In this document: positions 25,543 to 34,613 of the stretch, one piece after another
Position numbering within the stretch: the first letter of the stretch is position 1
Layout: each line of letters opens with the position of its first letter
NCBI GenBank assembly: GCA_903923795.1
Contig: CAIXYX010000092.1
Location: forward strand, 1-44,922
Direction: 5' to 3'
Source: an uncultured Candidatus Micrarchaeota archaeon
GTDB taxonomy: Archaea; Micrarchaeota; Micrarchaeia; Anstonellales; Anstonellaceae
DNA: 44,922 nt
Translations under genes and position numbers: made by a program
Notes under the pieces: model-generated
The model's database searches: none
Told to the model about the DNA's origin: nothing
The model's input: the letters and a program-made list of their open reading frames with translations, nothing else

Positions 25543-26097
25543 CTACTTCTTCTTTTTCTTGCCTATCTCCACTACATCGCCCAATGTGCGCTCGCCCGAA
25601 TTTGTTTTGGATTCGAGCACGGCGGAGAGAGTACCTTCCGACTGCTCAAGCAATGTGATGTTGAGCTCTTTCTCCAAGCGGCGGGCCAATTCGACGGATG
25701 GATGGGTCTTCTCTGCTTCTACCCGGTCGAGGAAAGATTCTTTCTCGGACAGCCGTTCGGCCAGCACAGTGATGGGGAGCTTCATCTTCATGCGCGCGTT
25801 CTTTATGATGTCTCCGAAATTGTCGACAAGCTCCCATTCGGGCGCCTGGCGCGAGAGTGAGGAGGATGGCGAACGGGCGAAGAGTGACGATGGGGAAGAG
25901 CCGGCCCCGCCGGAGCTGGAGCCGTATGAGCCGGAACCATAACCACCCGAACCCCCGGCTCCACCCATTCCGCTCGGGGCGCGGGGCGCCGAGATTATGC
26001 GGCCCATTCGGGCGCACTGCGCGCAGGCGTGAAGCTTCGCGCCTTCTATCAATACAAGAAACGGGCCTTCAGTTGCACCGCAGACTTCGCATTCCAT
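25543..26097 (-). CDS. mbf1: Archaeal multiprotein bridging factor 1 (zinc ribbon plus HTH) with a Gly/Ser-rich linker
   Basis: The N-terminal ribbon is CEVCG...CAQC. The C-terminal cro/C1-type HTH is KMKLPITVLAERLSEKESFLDRVEAEKTHPSVELARRLEKEL. A ~50-aa G/S-rich insert lies between them. Confidence 0.85.
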   Translation of the reverse strand: MECEVCGATEGPFLVLIEGAKLHACAQCARMGRIISAPRAPSGMGGAGGSGGYGSGSYGSSSGGAGSSPSSLFARSPSSSLSRQAPEWELVDNFGDIIKNARMKMKLPITVLAERLSEKESFLDRVEAEKTHPSVELARRLEKELNITLLEQSEGTLSAVLESKTNSGERTLGDVVEIGKKKKK

Positions 26098-26200
26098 TTG
26101 CTCACCACATGAATAGAGTATTTGATTGAGTTCGATATAGCTCGATATGGAGGATTTTCATCGCTCAAACCTTTTAATGGCCAATTGCCGGATTACGATA

Positions 26201-26794
26201 TTACCACTTATCAAAATGGATGCGCTCGGCCTTGAACCTGTCCTGTTTTGCCGGCGTCTCGGCAGGATAGCCGAGAGGAATCATGGCGAAGGGAATGACT
26301 GACAATGGCAGGTTGAAGGCGGCCTTGAAACCGTCGATTCTGTCCTGCCGGGGATAAATGGCTGTCCATACAGCCCCCAAACCGGACGAGTGCGCGGCGA
26401 GGAGGATGTTCTGGGATGCGGCAGCGCAATCCATTGACCACAGGCCGGGGCTCTTCTCCAAATCCTTGTCTGCACACACCAATATGGCTGCGGCGGCGGA
26501 CGGTAACATGGCCATGTGGGGGCTCAGTACCGAGGCGGTCTTCAAAAGCGCCTTGTCGGTGATGAGGATGAAATGCCAGGGCTGCTCGTTGTGGGCCGAC
26601 GGCGCGCTCATGGCGGCCTGCATAAGTCTTGTGAGGAGTTCTGGCGGGATGGGCTGTGCGGTGAATGAGCGGATGGAGCGGCGCGTGAGGATGGTTGAGA
26701 TTAAATCGCTCGATTGACCCGTGCCAGTCATCTGATCAGTGCCAGTCATTTGACCTGTGCCTGCCGCGTCTTGAATCTGGTTTTCTTCTGCCAT
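26201..26794 (-). CDS. Nitroreductase-family oxidoreductase
   Basis: RRSIRSFTAQPIP, SAPSAHNEQPWHF and the typical C-terminal PLGYP. The ATG at 26794 is preferred because the track ORF (to 27259) overlaps the divergent protease gene. The N-terminus carries a tandem hexapeptide, GTGQMT GTDQMT GTGQSS, encoded at 26708-26761. Confidence 0.85.
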   Translation of the reverse strand: MAEENQIQDAAGTGQMTGTDQMTGTGQSSDLISTILTRRSIRSFTAQPIPPELLTRLMQAAMSAPSAHNEQPWHFILITDKALLKTASVLSPHMAMLPSAAAAILVCADKDLEKSPGLWSMDCAAASQNILLAAHSSGLGAVWTAIYPRQDRIDGFKAAFNLPLSVIPFAMIPLGYPAETPAKQDRFKAERIHFDKW

Positions 26795-26849
26795 ATGTAT
26801 ACGGACATGCACCTCTTCCTTTTTGAACGTTGCCGAATCAGACAGCATC

Positions 26850-28367
26850 ATGGATAAGACCACACGCCCAGAACCAGTGCCGAAAACCAAAGATGTTATT
26901 GCCAAAACGCATCCTTCCCCGGCTTCGACCGCCGTCATTTCCCCGAAATCCGCTGTCGCCTCGTCCTCGACTTCGGCCGCCGCGTCGCTTGGCGTGTCTG
27001 ACGAGGAGAAATGGGATTTCACAAAATCCTTGCGCGAATTTGCGGGCCGGGAGCACCGATCAGACTGGCGCGTAAATGTTTTGATGCTCGCAATTGTCGC
27101 CGCGCTGACCGCCTTGGCGTTCGGCATGCTGCTCGCGACAGACCTGTCGGCCATGGCGAAATTCTTCGGCTCGACAATCATTATGATGTTGTCAGGCGAG
27201 ATAATGAGAGGCATCATGCAATGGGATGGTTTGCTCGGGCTCATCATGTTCAAAGACAACAGGACGCTGGGCTGGATTGATCGGCAGGCGCAGAGATATG
27301 CGAACGTGTGGAAAATGCTCTCAAATGTGGGTATGGTTATGGGCTATGGCTTGCTGAGCTATTTCCTCTTGGGCAAAGAGGAGAGGAAACCAAAGAGATT
27401 TGCCTTGATACTTCTTGTCGGAATGCCGCTTTTGATCATCTTCTTAACGCAGGTGGCGCCGCTTGCCTTCGACGTGCTCAAAAGCGCCATAGGGGTGAAG
27501 GATTTGGCTTCTGCCAGCGCGCAGATACGCGCATCCTCGCCTGTCGGGGGAGACTTGAATTTCACAATTTTCGGATGGCTCATCTCCATGCCCATGCTCA
27601 CGGCCATTTTGACCGTGCTGACTCTCATCGGAGGCATGGCAATGTTCGTCTGGGTGTCAATCTTGTTCTACGCGGCGGGACTCGTTGCCCCGCTGATAAA
27701 CAAAATCATATTCATGGCTCTAAGCCTTGCCGGCCGGACTCCGGCCGTGCCGGTAATCGCGCCGATTCCGGGCGGCACGCCGATATTGCCGGGCGTGAAT
27801 CTTCCTCTTGTCGAGGGGCTCATCGCCATGGCAATACTCTTGGTGGTGCACGAGATGTCGCACGGATTTTTGGCGCGCGTGCACAAAATCAAATTGGAGA
27901 ATGCAGGCATAGTGTTCTACGGCATTTTGCCATTCGGCGCATTTGTCGAGCCGGATGAGAAGCAATTGGACAAGGTGCCCCAAGAGCAGTCGAATCAGGT
28001 GCTTGTGGCAGGTTCGGCGGCGAACATGATTACGGCCATGATAGTGCTCGTGCTTATCGTGGCGCTGGGCGCGCTTGTTGTCATCCCTTACGCGAATTGG
28101 GCCGCGGCGCAGGAATTCGCCAAAGGCAGCTGGCAGGCAGTCTGCGTTGCGGGGAGCGTCATCATCCTCAAATTCATCGAGACGTGCCTCGAGCTGACGC
28201 TGGCGCTCAACATACTGGTAGGGATGGTCAATCTGCTGCCCGTGCCCCTTTTCGACGGGCACCGGCTGATGAAGGCGGGCGTGAAGCATCCGCTGGCCGT
28301 CGATGCCATAACATATGTGACGCTGGCCGCATTTGTGATAAACTTCTTGCCTTGGCTGTTTCGATGA
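26850..28367 (+). CDS. M50-family site-2 protease (intramembrane zinc metalloprotease)
   Basis: HEMSHGF (HExxH) lies in a TM helix, with NLLPVPLFDGHRL (NxxPxxxxDG) in a later helix. The protein is multi-pass and has a Ser/Ala/Pro-rich cytosolic N-terminus. The track start is a TTG at 26823. Confidence 0.85.
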   Translation: MDKTTRPEPVPKTKDVIAKTHPSPASTAVISPKSAVASSSTSAAASLGVSDEEKWDFTKSLREFAGREHRSDWRVNVLMLAIVAALTALAFGMLLATDLSAMAKFFGSTIIMMLSGEIMRGIMQWDGLLGLIMFKDNRTLGWIDRQAQRYANVWKMLSNVGMVMGYGLLSYFLLGKEERKPKRFALILLVGMPLLIIFLTQVAPLAFDVLKSAIGVKDLASASAQIRASSPVGGDLNFTIFGWLISMPMLTAILTVLTLIGGMAMFVWVSILFYAAGLVAPLINKIIFMALSLAGRTPAVPVIAPIPGGTPILPGVNLPLVEGLIAMAILLVVHEMSHGFLARVHKIKLENAGIVFYGILPFGAFVEPDEKQLDKVPQEQSNQVLVAGSAANMITAMIVLVLIVALGALVVIPYANWAAAQEFAKGSWQAVCVAGSVIILKFIETCLELTLALNILVGMVNLLPVPLFDGHRLMKAGVKHPLAVDAITYVTLAAFVINFLPWLFR

Positions 28368-28421
28368 ACAGAGGCAGGCAGCATAATCGTCTTTTTTAAT
28401 CTGACCGCCGTAATGCCGAAT

Positions 28422-30362
28422 ATGTCAGACATATCCCTCACACTGCCGGATGGAAAAATCCTCAAAGTCCCTGCCGGCTCCTCGGTGCTCGACGCCGCCA
28501 AACTCATAGGCCCCAAACTGGCATTGGCGGTGGTGGCGGCCAAGCTCGACGGACAAATGGTCGACTTGTCACACAAGGTCGAGAAGCCCGCCAAATTCGT
28601 TTTGCTAAAACCCGACTCGGGGGAAGGCCTCGAAGTATTTCGGCATTCATCCTCGCATGTGATGGCGCAGGCCATCATGCGGCTCTATCCGCAAGCCCGG
28701 CTCGCCATAGGCCCGGTTGTCGAGGAGGGATTTTATTACGACATCGGCAAAATTCCGCCGCTCTCCCCTGACGATTTGGGCAGGATAGAGGCAGAGATGA
28801 AAAAAATAGTCGATGAGGACCAGCCGTTTGTGCGTCGCGAGATGAAGAAGGCGGACGCGCTCAAACTCTATTCTGACAATGCATACAAGCGCGAATTGAT
28901 AGAAGGGATTGATGGGGATTTGGTTTCCATCTATTTCAACCCGAAAACGGCCAAGAGCCCGGCCAAACCGGAAGCGGCATTCTTCGACTTGTGCGCTGGC
29001 CCGCATGTGCCGTCCACGGGCAGGATAAAGGCATTCAAGCTGATGAAAGTGGCCGGCGCGTATTGGCGCGCCGATGCGAACAATGACCAATTGCAGCGAA
29101 TATACGGCATAAGTTTTGATGACGAGAAGAAACTGGCCGAATACTCGACACGGCTCGAGGAGGCCGAGAAGAGGGACCATCGCAAAATCGGCACGCAACT
29201 GGGCCTCTTGTTCATGTCCGACATGGCACCAGGCATGCCGTTCCTTTTGCCTAATGGAATGATTATCCGAAATGAGCTGGAGAAATTCTGGCGCGAAGAG
29301 CATCGGCTTGCCGGCTATCTGGAAATCAAGACACCGGTGATTATGAACGAGCAGCTCTGGCACCAGTCAGGGCATTGGGACCACTACAAGGAGAATATGT
29401 ATTTCACGCAAATCGACGAGCAGCCTTTCGCGCTAAAGCCAATGAACTGCCCCGGCGCGATGCTTGTTTTCGGCAGTACTGCACGCTCTTACCGGGAATT
29501 GCCTTTGCGCTTGTGCGAGATGGGCCTTGTGCACCGCCATGAATTGTCGGGCGTGTTGTCTGGCATGGTGCGAGTGCGCGCATTCACACAGGACGACTCG
29601 CACTTGTTTGTCACGGAGGAGCAGGTCGAGGCCGAGGTGATGGGCGTCATCAAGATGGTGGACAAATTCTACAAGACGTTTGGATTCACTTATACTGCGG
29701 AATTGTCAACAAGACCTGCCAAATTCATGGGCGAGGTGGAGACTTGGGAAAGGGCCGAAAAAGCGCTGCATAATGCGCTCAAAACCATTGGCTTGGCTTA
29801 CACAGTCAATGCGGGCGATGGCGCATTCTACGGGCCGAAGATAGATTTCAAGATAAAGGACGCCATAGGCCGCTCGTGGCAGTGCGCCACGGTGCAGGTG
29901 GATTTCCAGATGCCGAAAAGATTTAATCTGTCGTATATGGGTGCTGATGACCAGATGCACGCACCGATTGCCCTACACCGCGTCATCTACGGCTCGATGG
30001 AGAGGTTCATGGGCATTCTCATCGAGCATTATGCAGGCGCATTCCCCGTCTGGCTGGCGCCCACACAAGTTGCGGTGCTGCCTATCGGCAAAGAGCATAT
30101 GGTTTTCGCAAAAGCACTGCATGAGAAATTCATGAAGGAAGGTTTGCGCAGCTCGCTCGACGAGCGCGATGACACCATCGGCTCGAAGATTCGGGATGCG
30201 CAGATGCAGAAGGTGCCATACATGCTGGCCGTTGGCAAGAATGAGATAGATACCGGCAGACTGGCGGTGCGCGACAGGAAGGGAAAAATCACGCCGATGG
30301 GCTTGGATGATTTCGTCAAGCATGTCAAGATGATGATAAAGGAGAAGAAGCAGATAGAATGA
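28422..30362 (+). CDS. thrS: Threonyl-tRNA synthetase (TGS plus editing plus class II core)
   Basis: The TGS-like N-terminus is ISLTLPDGKILKV. The editing-domain motif is HSSSHVMAQA. The class II core shows NCPGAMLVF and RVRAFTQDDSHLF, and an anticodon-binding domain follows. Confidence 0.95.
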   Translation: MSDISLTLPDGKILKVPAGSSVLDAAKLIGPKLALAVVAAKLDGQMVDLSHKVEKPAKFVLLKPDSGEGLEVFRHSSSHVMAQAIMRLYPQARLAIGPVVEEGFYYDIGKIPPLSPDDLGRIEAEMKKIVDEDQPFVRREMKKADALKLYSDNAYKRELIEGIDGDLVSIYFNPKTAKSPAKPEAAFFDLCAGPHVPSTGRIKAFKLMKVAGAYWRADANNDQLQRIYGISFDDEKKLAEYSTRLEEAEKRDHRKIGTQLGLLFMSDMAPGMPFLLPNGMIIRNELEKFWREEHRLAGYLEIKTPVIMNEQLWHQSGHWDHYKENMYFTQIDEQPFALKPMNCPGAMLVFGSTARSYRELPLRLCEMGLVHRHELSGVLSGMVRVRAFTQDDSHLFVTEEQVEAEVMGVIKMVDKFYKTFGFTYTAELSTRPAKFMGEVETWERAEKALHNALKTIGLAYTVNAGDGAFYGPKIDFKIKDAIGRSWQCATVQVDFQMPKRFNLSYMGADDQMHAPIALHRVIYGSMERFMGILIEHYAGAFPVWLAPTQVAVLPIGKEHMVFAKALHEKFMKEGLRSSLDERDDTIGSKIRDAQMQKVPYMLAVGKNEIDTGRLAVRDRKGKITPMGLDDFVKHVKMMIKEKKQIE

Positions 30363-30386
30363 AAAATATGTTAGAGGTGGATTTTG

Positions 30387-31343
30387 ATGCGGACTGTTTT
30401 GATTCTCGCTCTTTTTGTCGGCGTGATGCTGGCGTTCGGCTGCTTGGGCGGCGGGAGCAACACGCCATCGGCCACAAATACGACAAACGCGAGTGCGGGC
30501 AACCAGTTCCCTAACCCAGGACAGGGAGCCACGCCATCCATAATACCAAACATCCCGTCCACACCGCCCGCGAATCCGCAGACCGGCGCAAACAATTCAT
30601 CCGTCTCCCCGCAGGCAAATAATACGCAGTCACCCAACACGCCGCCCTCCGCCAACACGGCAGTGGTGATAGACGCGAAGAAAGCCATGAAAATCTCGAT
30701 GCTGCGCAAAGGCGACTCAATGGGCTTCGACAATTGGCAGATACAGCTCAAGAACATCACGTTCGTGAACAAACCTATCGCCTATTACGCGGTCCTCGAC
30801 GCCAACAACGCCGTCTTGCAGAATTTCTCGCTTGCGCAGAACGGCTCTTTCCGCTACACTGCCCCGAACGGAGAGGACTACATCTTCGTGTCCATTTTCG
30901 TGGTGGGCAACGGATTGCCGAACTCGGTGCAGACGCAGGTGTACCGCGTGAAGGACCTGACGGCATCCAATTCGACCGCGCAGATAAGCACGCCGCAGAA
31001 TTCGTACCCGCTGTGGAAGCAGTACCCCGCTCCAGTCATGCTGGCCAACAAGACAATGGCGGTCGGCGAGACTGTTTCAGGCGGAGTTATCAGCGTCATG
31101 CTCAACGGCATAGACAGGAGCACGACGCCGGCCGGCGCGCAGCTCGTCATAATGGATGAGACCGGAGCCGAGATGGGCACCGTTCTCCTGCAGGGCGGCC
31201 AGCTGGTCGAGATACGCATGGACAAGCAGACGCGCTATGACGTTATTCTGCAACCAATTGACGCGACGAGCGGCCACGCCAACGTGCTGATATACCGTGT
31301 GCTGGCTTTCAGCGACGCGAGCGGAACCATCAGCTCGGGATGA
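30387..31343 (+). CDS. Secreted lipobox-type protein with an S/T/N/P-rich linker
   Basis: GAGGTGG lies 6 nt before the ATG. The signal peptide is MRTVLILALFVGVMLAFGC, followed by a ~80-aa N/P/S/T-rich linker with many N-x-S/T sequons and a ~220-aa globular region. I recognise no family. Confidence 0.7.
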   Translation: MRTVLILALFVGVMLAFGCLGGGSNTPSATNTTNASAGNQFPNPGQGATPSIIPNIPSTPPANPQTGANNSSVSPQANNTQSPNTPPSANTAVVIDAKKAMKISMLRKGDSMGFDNWQIQLKNITFVNKPIAYYAVLDANNAVLQNFSLAQNGSFRYTAPNGEDYIFVSIFVVGNGLPNSVQTQVYRVKDLTASNSTAQISTPQNSYPLWKQYPAPVMLANKTMAVGETVSGGVISVMLNGIDRSTTPAGAQLVIMDETGAEMGTVLLQGGQLVEIRMDKQTRYDVILQPIDATSGHANVLIYRVLAFSDASGTISSG

Positions 31344-31354
31344 GAAAAAGCCAA

Positions 31355-31378
31355 TTTTTCTTTCTTTTTTGTTTTTTT
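31355..31378 (+). terminator. Oligo-T terminator region between convergent genes
   Basis: TTTTTCTTTCTTTTTTGTTTTTTT begins 12 nt after the stop. Confidence 0.4.
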
Positions 31379-31425
31379 AGTTTCGCTGCATTTTATTTCA
31401 GCCCGTCGGCAGCTTTCTTATTTTC

Positions 31426-32748
31426 TTATTTCAGCCCGTCAGCCGTCTTCTGCGCTGTCGACAATATTTTCTCCTCGTCGAGCGTGAGCAGTTTCCTCTC
31501 GCGCATGAGCCATTTGCCATTGACCATTGTGTCGGTGACATTCTGCGGGCCGGCCGAATAGACCAGCCAGCCGGCATTGTCGGTGAATGGCACGAGATTC
31601 GGGGATTTGGCATCAATCAAAACCAAATCGGCCAGATGACCGGGCTTGATGACACCGGCCTTGATGCCCAATGCTTTGGCGCCGGCTTCCGTTGCCATCT
31701 TGAGGTAATCATCAGCTTTGACAGCTGCGGCATCGAAGCGGAAATTCTTCTGCTCTATGGCCCCAACTTTCATGGACTCGAACATGTCGAGGGAATTGTT
31801 GGAGGCGGCGCCATCTGTGCCAAGAGAGACATTGACGCCTGCAGCCAAATATTCGGGGATTGGGGCTGCGCCGCCGCTGGCTAATTTTAGATTTGAAACT
31901 GGGCAGTGCGCGATGGAGGATTTGCGGGAAGCCAGCAATTTGACCTCGGATTTGCTCACATAAACTCCATGGGCAGCCACTGTGCTTGGAAGTAAACAGC
32001 CGCAGGAGTCGAGAAATTCGGCAGGCCTTTTCTTGTATAAGCCCAAAGTCTCGGCCAGTTCGGTGCGCGTCTCGGCCAAATGGATGTGGAGGATGACGTC
32101 AAGGCGCTTTGCGAGACGGGCTGATTCCACAAGCAACTCTTTTGAGCAGGTGTTGGTGGCATGGGGCGAGATGGAAGTTGTTATGCGCCCATCGGCTTTG
32201 CCGTTCCATTCTTTGGCAAATTTCTCGCCGATGGCTAATTCATCTTTCCCTTTTCCATCGAAATCAAATTCGATGCCATCGCCCGATTTCTTTCTGTCTA
32301 TCATGCTGTATCCGAGACAGGCTCGCATGCCGCTCTCGTCCACCACGCGCGCGATGGCATCCATGTGGAAATAATGCTCGTTGAAAGTTGTGGTGCCGAC
32401 TCTAATCATCTCGCAGGCAGCCAATTGCGTTCCTATGGCCATGGTTTTGGCATCCATCCTCGCCTCGCGAGGCCACATGCATGTGCGAAGCCATTGGGGA
32501 AGATGCAAGTCATCGCCAACGCCGCGCAGGAGGGACATCGGGGCGTGGGTGTGGGTGTTGATGAGACCGGGCAGGAGGATTTTGTTTTTGGCATCGACGA
32601 CATCGGAATGAGTAGATGAGGCGGATAACTTGCCCGGCAGCGCCACTTTCTCGATGATGCCCTCATCCGAGATGAACACATCTCTCGCGGGGAAAGAGTA
32701 TGGTGATTCTGACGAAAGCACCTTTGCGCCGGTGATTAGATAGGCCAT
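31426..32748 (-). CDS. mtaD: 5-methylthioadenosine/S-adenosylhomocysteine deaminase-like amidohydrolase
   Basis: LLPGLINTHTHAPMSLLRG (HxH metal site), HLAETRTE and GTDGAASNNSLDMF are typical of the MtaD / chlorohydrolase-type amidohydrolase group. Confidence 0.85.
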   Translation of the reverse strand: MAYLITGAKVLSSESPYSFPARDVFISDEGIIEKVALPGKLSASSTHSDVVDAKNKILLPGLINTHTHAPMSLLRGVGDDLHLPQWLRTCMWPREARMDAKTMAIGTQLAACEMIRVGTTTFNEHYFHMDAIARVVDESGMRACLGYSMIDRKKSGDGIEFDFDGKGKDELAIGEKFAKEWNGKADGRITTSISPHATNTCSKELLVESARLAKRLDVILHIHLAETRTELAETLGLYKKRPAEFLDSCGCLLPSTVAAHGVYVSKSEVKLLASRKSSIAHCPVSNLKLASGGAAPIPEYLAAGVNVSLGTDGAASNNSLDMFESMKVGAIEQKNFRFDAAAVKADDYLKMATEAGAKALGIKAGVIKPGHLADLVLIDAKSPNLVPFTDNAGWLVYSAGPQNVTDTMVNGKWLMRERKLLTLDEEKILSTAQKTADGLK

Positions 32749-32770
32749 AGAGAGGTTTGGAAGAGGTGGA

Positions 32771-32777
32771 TTTTAAA
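32771..32777 (-). promoter_or_regulatory. TATA-like box (TTTAAAA on the minus strand) 23-29 nt upstream of the mtaD ATG at 32748
   Basis: Recurrent spacing. Confidence 0.4.
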
Positions 32778-32808
32778 CCGCTTAGGCTCTCCGCACAAAA
32801 ACAGACTG

Positions 32809-32817
32809 TTTTTCAAT
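32809..32817 (+). promoter_or_regulatory. TATA-like box (TTTTTCAAT) 22-30 nt upstream of the ATG at 32839
   Basis: The same TTTTTCAA core recurs upstream of paralog 2 (14617-14625) and paralog 3 (16451-16459). Confidence 0.35.
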
Positions 32818-32838
32818 CGCCTCTATGGTTGGCAGAGT

Positions 32839-33234
32839 ATGGATGGTGTGTTTAGGAATCTGTTCTTCTCCCCGAAACAAATCGGCTTCCTCGCGTTCGG
32901 CCTCGCCATACTCGGCATGGGTTTGCTGTTCCTCTGGCCCTCTGATTCATCGTATGCGCCCATGCAGGCTTCGGCCATCACCATAGCGCGGGACGGGCAA
33001 TGGGTGCAATACGCCGGGCTCATCAGTTCGATGGTGAAGAAGACGGATGGATATTCGATTCGCGTCTGCGACGAGGATGGCGGATGCGCCACCGCTTATG
33101 TCGCATCCAATACGCCGGGGGCGCTTGATGTGGATGCGAAAAATACGGGCATGATGGTTCGCGTATCAGGCGAGGTGAGTTCGGTGAGCGGCGGGGGGAA
33201 ATTCGTGCGGGCGCACAAGATAGAGATAATTTGA
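32839..33234 (+). CDS. Membrane-anchored small protein with a probable OB-fold-like ectodomain
   Basis: An N-terminal TM helix (IGFLAFGLAILGMGLLFLW) is followed by a ~90-aa beta-rich domain (VQYAGLISSMVKKTDGYSIRVCDEDG...MVRVSGEVSSVSGGGKFVRAHKIEI). The fold assignment is an inference only. Confidence 0.5.
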   Translation: MDGVFRNLFFSPKQIGFLAFGLAILGMGLLFLWPSDSSYAPMQASAITIARDGQWVQYAGLISSMVKKTDGYSIRVCDEDGGCATAYVASNTPGALDVDAKNTGMMVRVSGEVSSVSGGGKFVRAHKIEII

Positions 33235-33258
33235 AAGAAGAGATAGGAGAATGAAAAA

Positions 33259-34466
33259 ATGCAGATTGACCCTATCAGCCTTTTCCTCGCCTTAATCGCC
33301 GGCATCATCACAAGCCTGTTGCCCGGCCTCCACCCGAACACGATTGGCGCCATATTGACGCCGTATTTTGGAGAAAATGACGCATGGCCGCTTGTCTTGA
33401 TCGCGCTTTTGGGCGTGCGGGTGGCATTGCAGTTTTTGCCATCCATTCTCGTCGGCGTGCCGGAAGGGGACACGCAAATCAGCCTTTTGCCTGGGCAGAG
33501 GATGAGAAATGAGGGGCGGGGGATGGAGGCGATTGGGATATGCGCATTCTCGGTTGTTGCCGCCACCACGCTTGCCCTGCTTCTCTCGCCGTTGATGATG
33601 CCTGTTTTGCCTGCCATGTTCGATGCGGTGAAGCCATGGACGGGCTGGCTGCTTCTGGCTGCGACCATTGCGCTGCTTTTTGACGAGAGAAATGCGAGAA
33701 AAATCGCTTTGGCAGGCATTGTGTTTATTCTTGCCGGGGATTGGGTGTTCTGGCGTCGAACAGACCGCTCATCGACCCGCTGTTCGCGCTTTTCGTCGGA
33801 TTCTTCACCATGCCCACATTGCTGCACGGGGACAGGATTGGCGGGGATGGTGGGGAGGACAAGAGAGGCGGAAAAAAGCGCAGCGGACAGCCGGGCAATG
33901 TTTTCTTCCATCCCCTTCTCCCTTACATCCTCTTGGGCGTGTGCTTGGGCGGATTGGCGGATTTGCTGCCCGGCATGTCCACGCCAGCGCAGATAGCTGT
34001 CTTTGCCGCCGTGCTGCTCCCGCTTGGCGAGCCGGCCGCTTTCCTTGCGTTGGTGGCCTCCATTGAGGCGAGCCATACGGCATTTGCTCTGACAAGCTCG
34101 GCCACTGTCGGAGTGGCGCGGGTGGGCGTGGTGGCCATGGTGGCCTCCATAAGCCCGATTCGGCCCGAAAGTTTGCCTTTACTGATGGGCATGTTCGCTT
34201 TGTCTGTAGGGGTGGGAGCATTGGCTTTGCTCTGGATTGGGAAAAGAGCGATGGCGCATTGGTCATCGATTGACTGGACGATGCTGGCACGGCTGCTGTC
34301 CGTTTATCTTGTGCTCGCCATATTTCTCAACGACGGATTGCCGGGCGTGATAGTTTTGGCATCTGCCACGGCGATTGGCATGCTGCCCGGCGCTTGGCAT
34401 GTGAGAAGGACGCATGTGATGGGCGCGCTGATTCTGCCTGCAATGCTGCATGCATTCGGGATGTAG
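33259..34466 (+). pseudogene. TctA/DUF112-like polytopic membrane protein interrupted by a 1-nt frameshift (or an assembly error)
   Basis: ORF 33259-33996 (LLPGLHPNTIGAIL..., TM-rich) and ORF 33741-34466 (...LLPGMSTPAQIAVF..., TM-rich) are halves of one ~400-aa internally duplicated transporter-like protein. The second frame is open from 33684. Adding one G to the G4 run at 33736-33739 joins them as ...IVFILAGGLGVLASNRPLIDP.... Confidence 0.6.
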
Positions 34467-34538
34467 GGGGGAATCAGGAATAGCGTAAAACTGAAGGAGG
34501 GACATCTGAAAAGCATGTGTTCCCCCCTGCGGTTCCGG
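34466..34538. repeat. Conserved ~72-nt G6/G6/C6 intergenic element, copy 2
   Basis: GGGGGGAATCAGGAATAGCGTAAAACTGAAGGAGGGACATCTGAAAAGCATGTGTTCCCCCCTGCGGTTCCGG, in the same orientation as copy 1. Its first G is the last base of the upstream TAG stop. Confidence 0.6.
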
Positions 34539-34613
34539 CATAAGGATTAAAAAGAACCCGCCGCCAAAGAGAAGCCAACAACCCTTATTCGATCCAATCG
34601 GTAGGTGTTATTT

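Noticed and set aside
26795-27259. N-terminal 155-aa extension of the 352-aa minus-strand ORF (26201-27259)
   Set aside because: It overlaps the M50 protease gene on the other strand. The nitroreductase homology starts just after the ATG at 26794.
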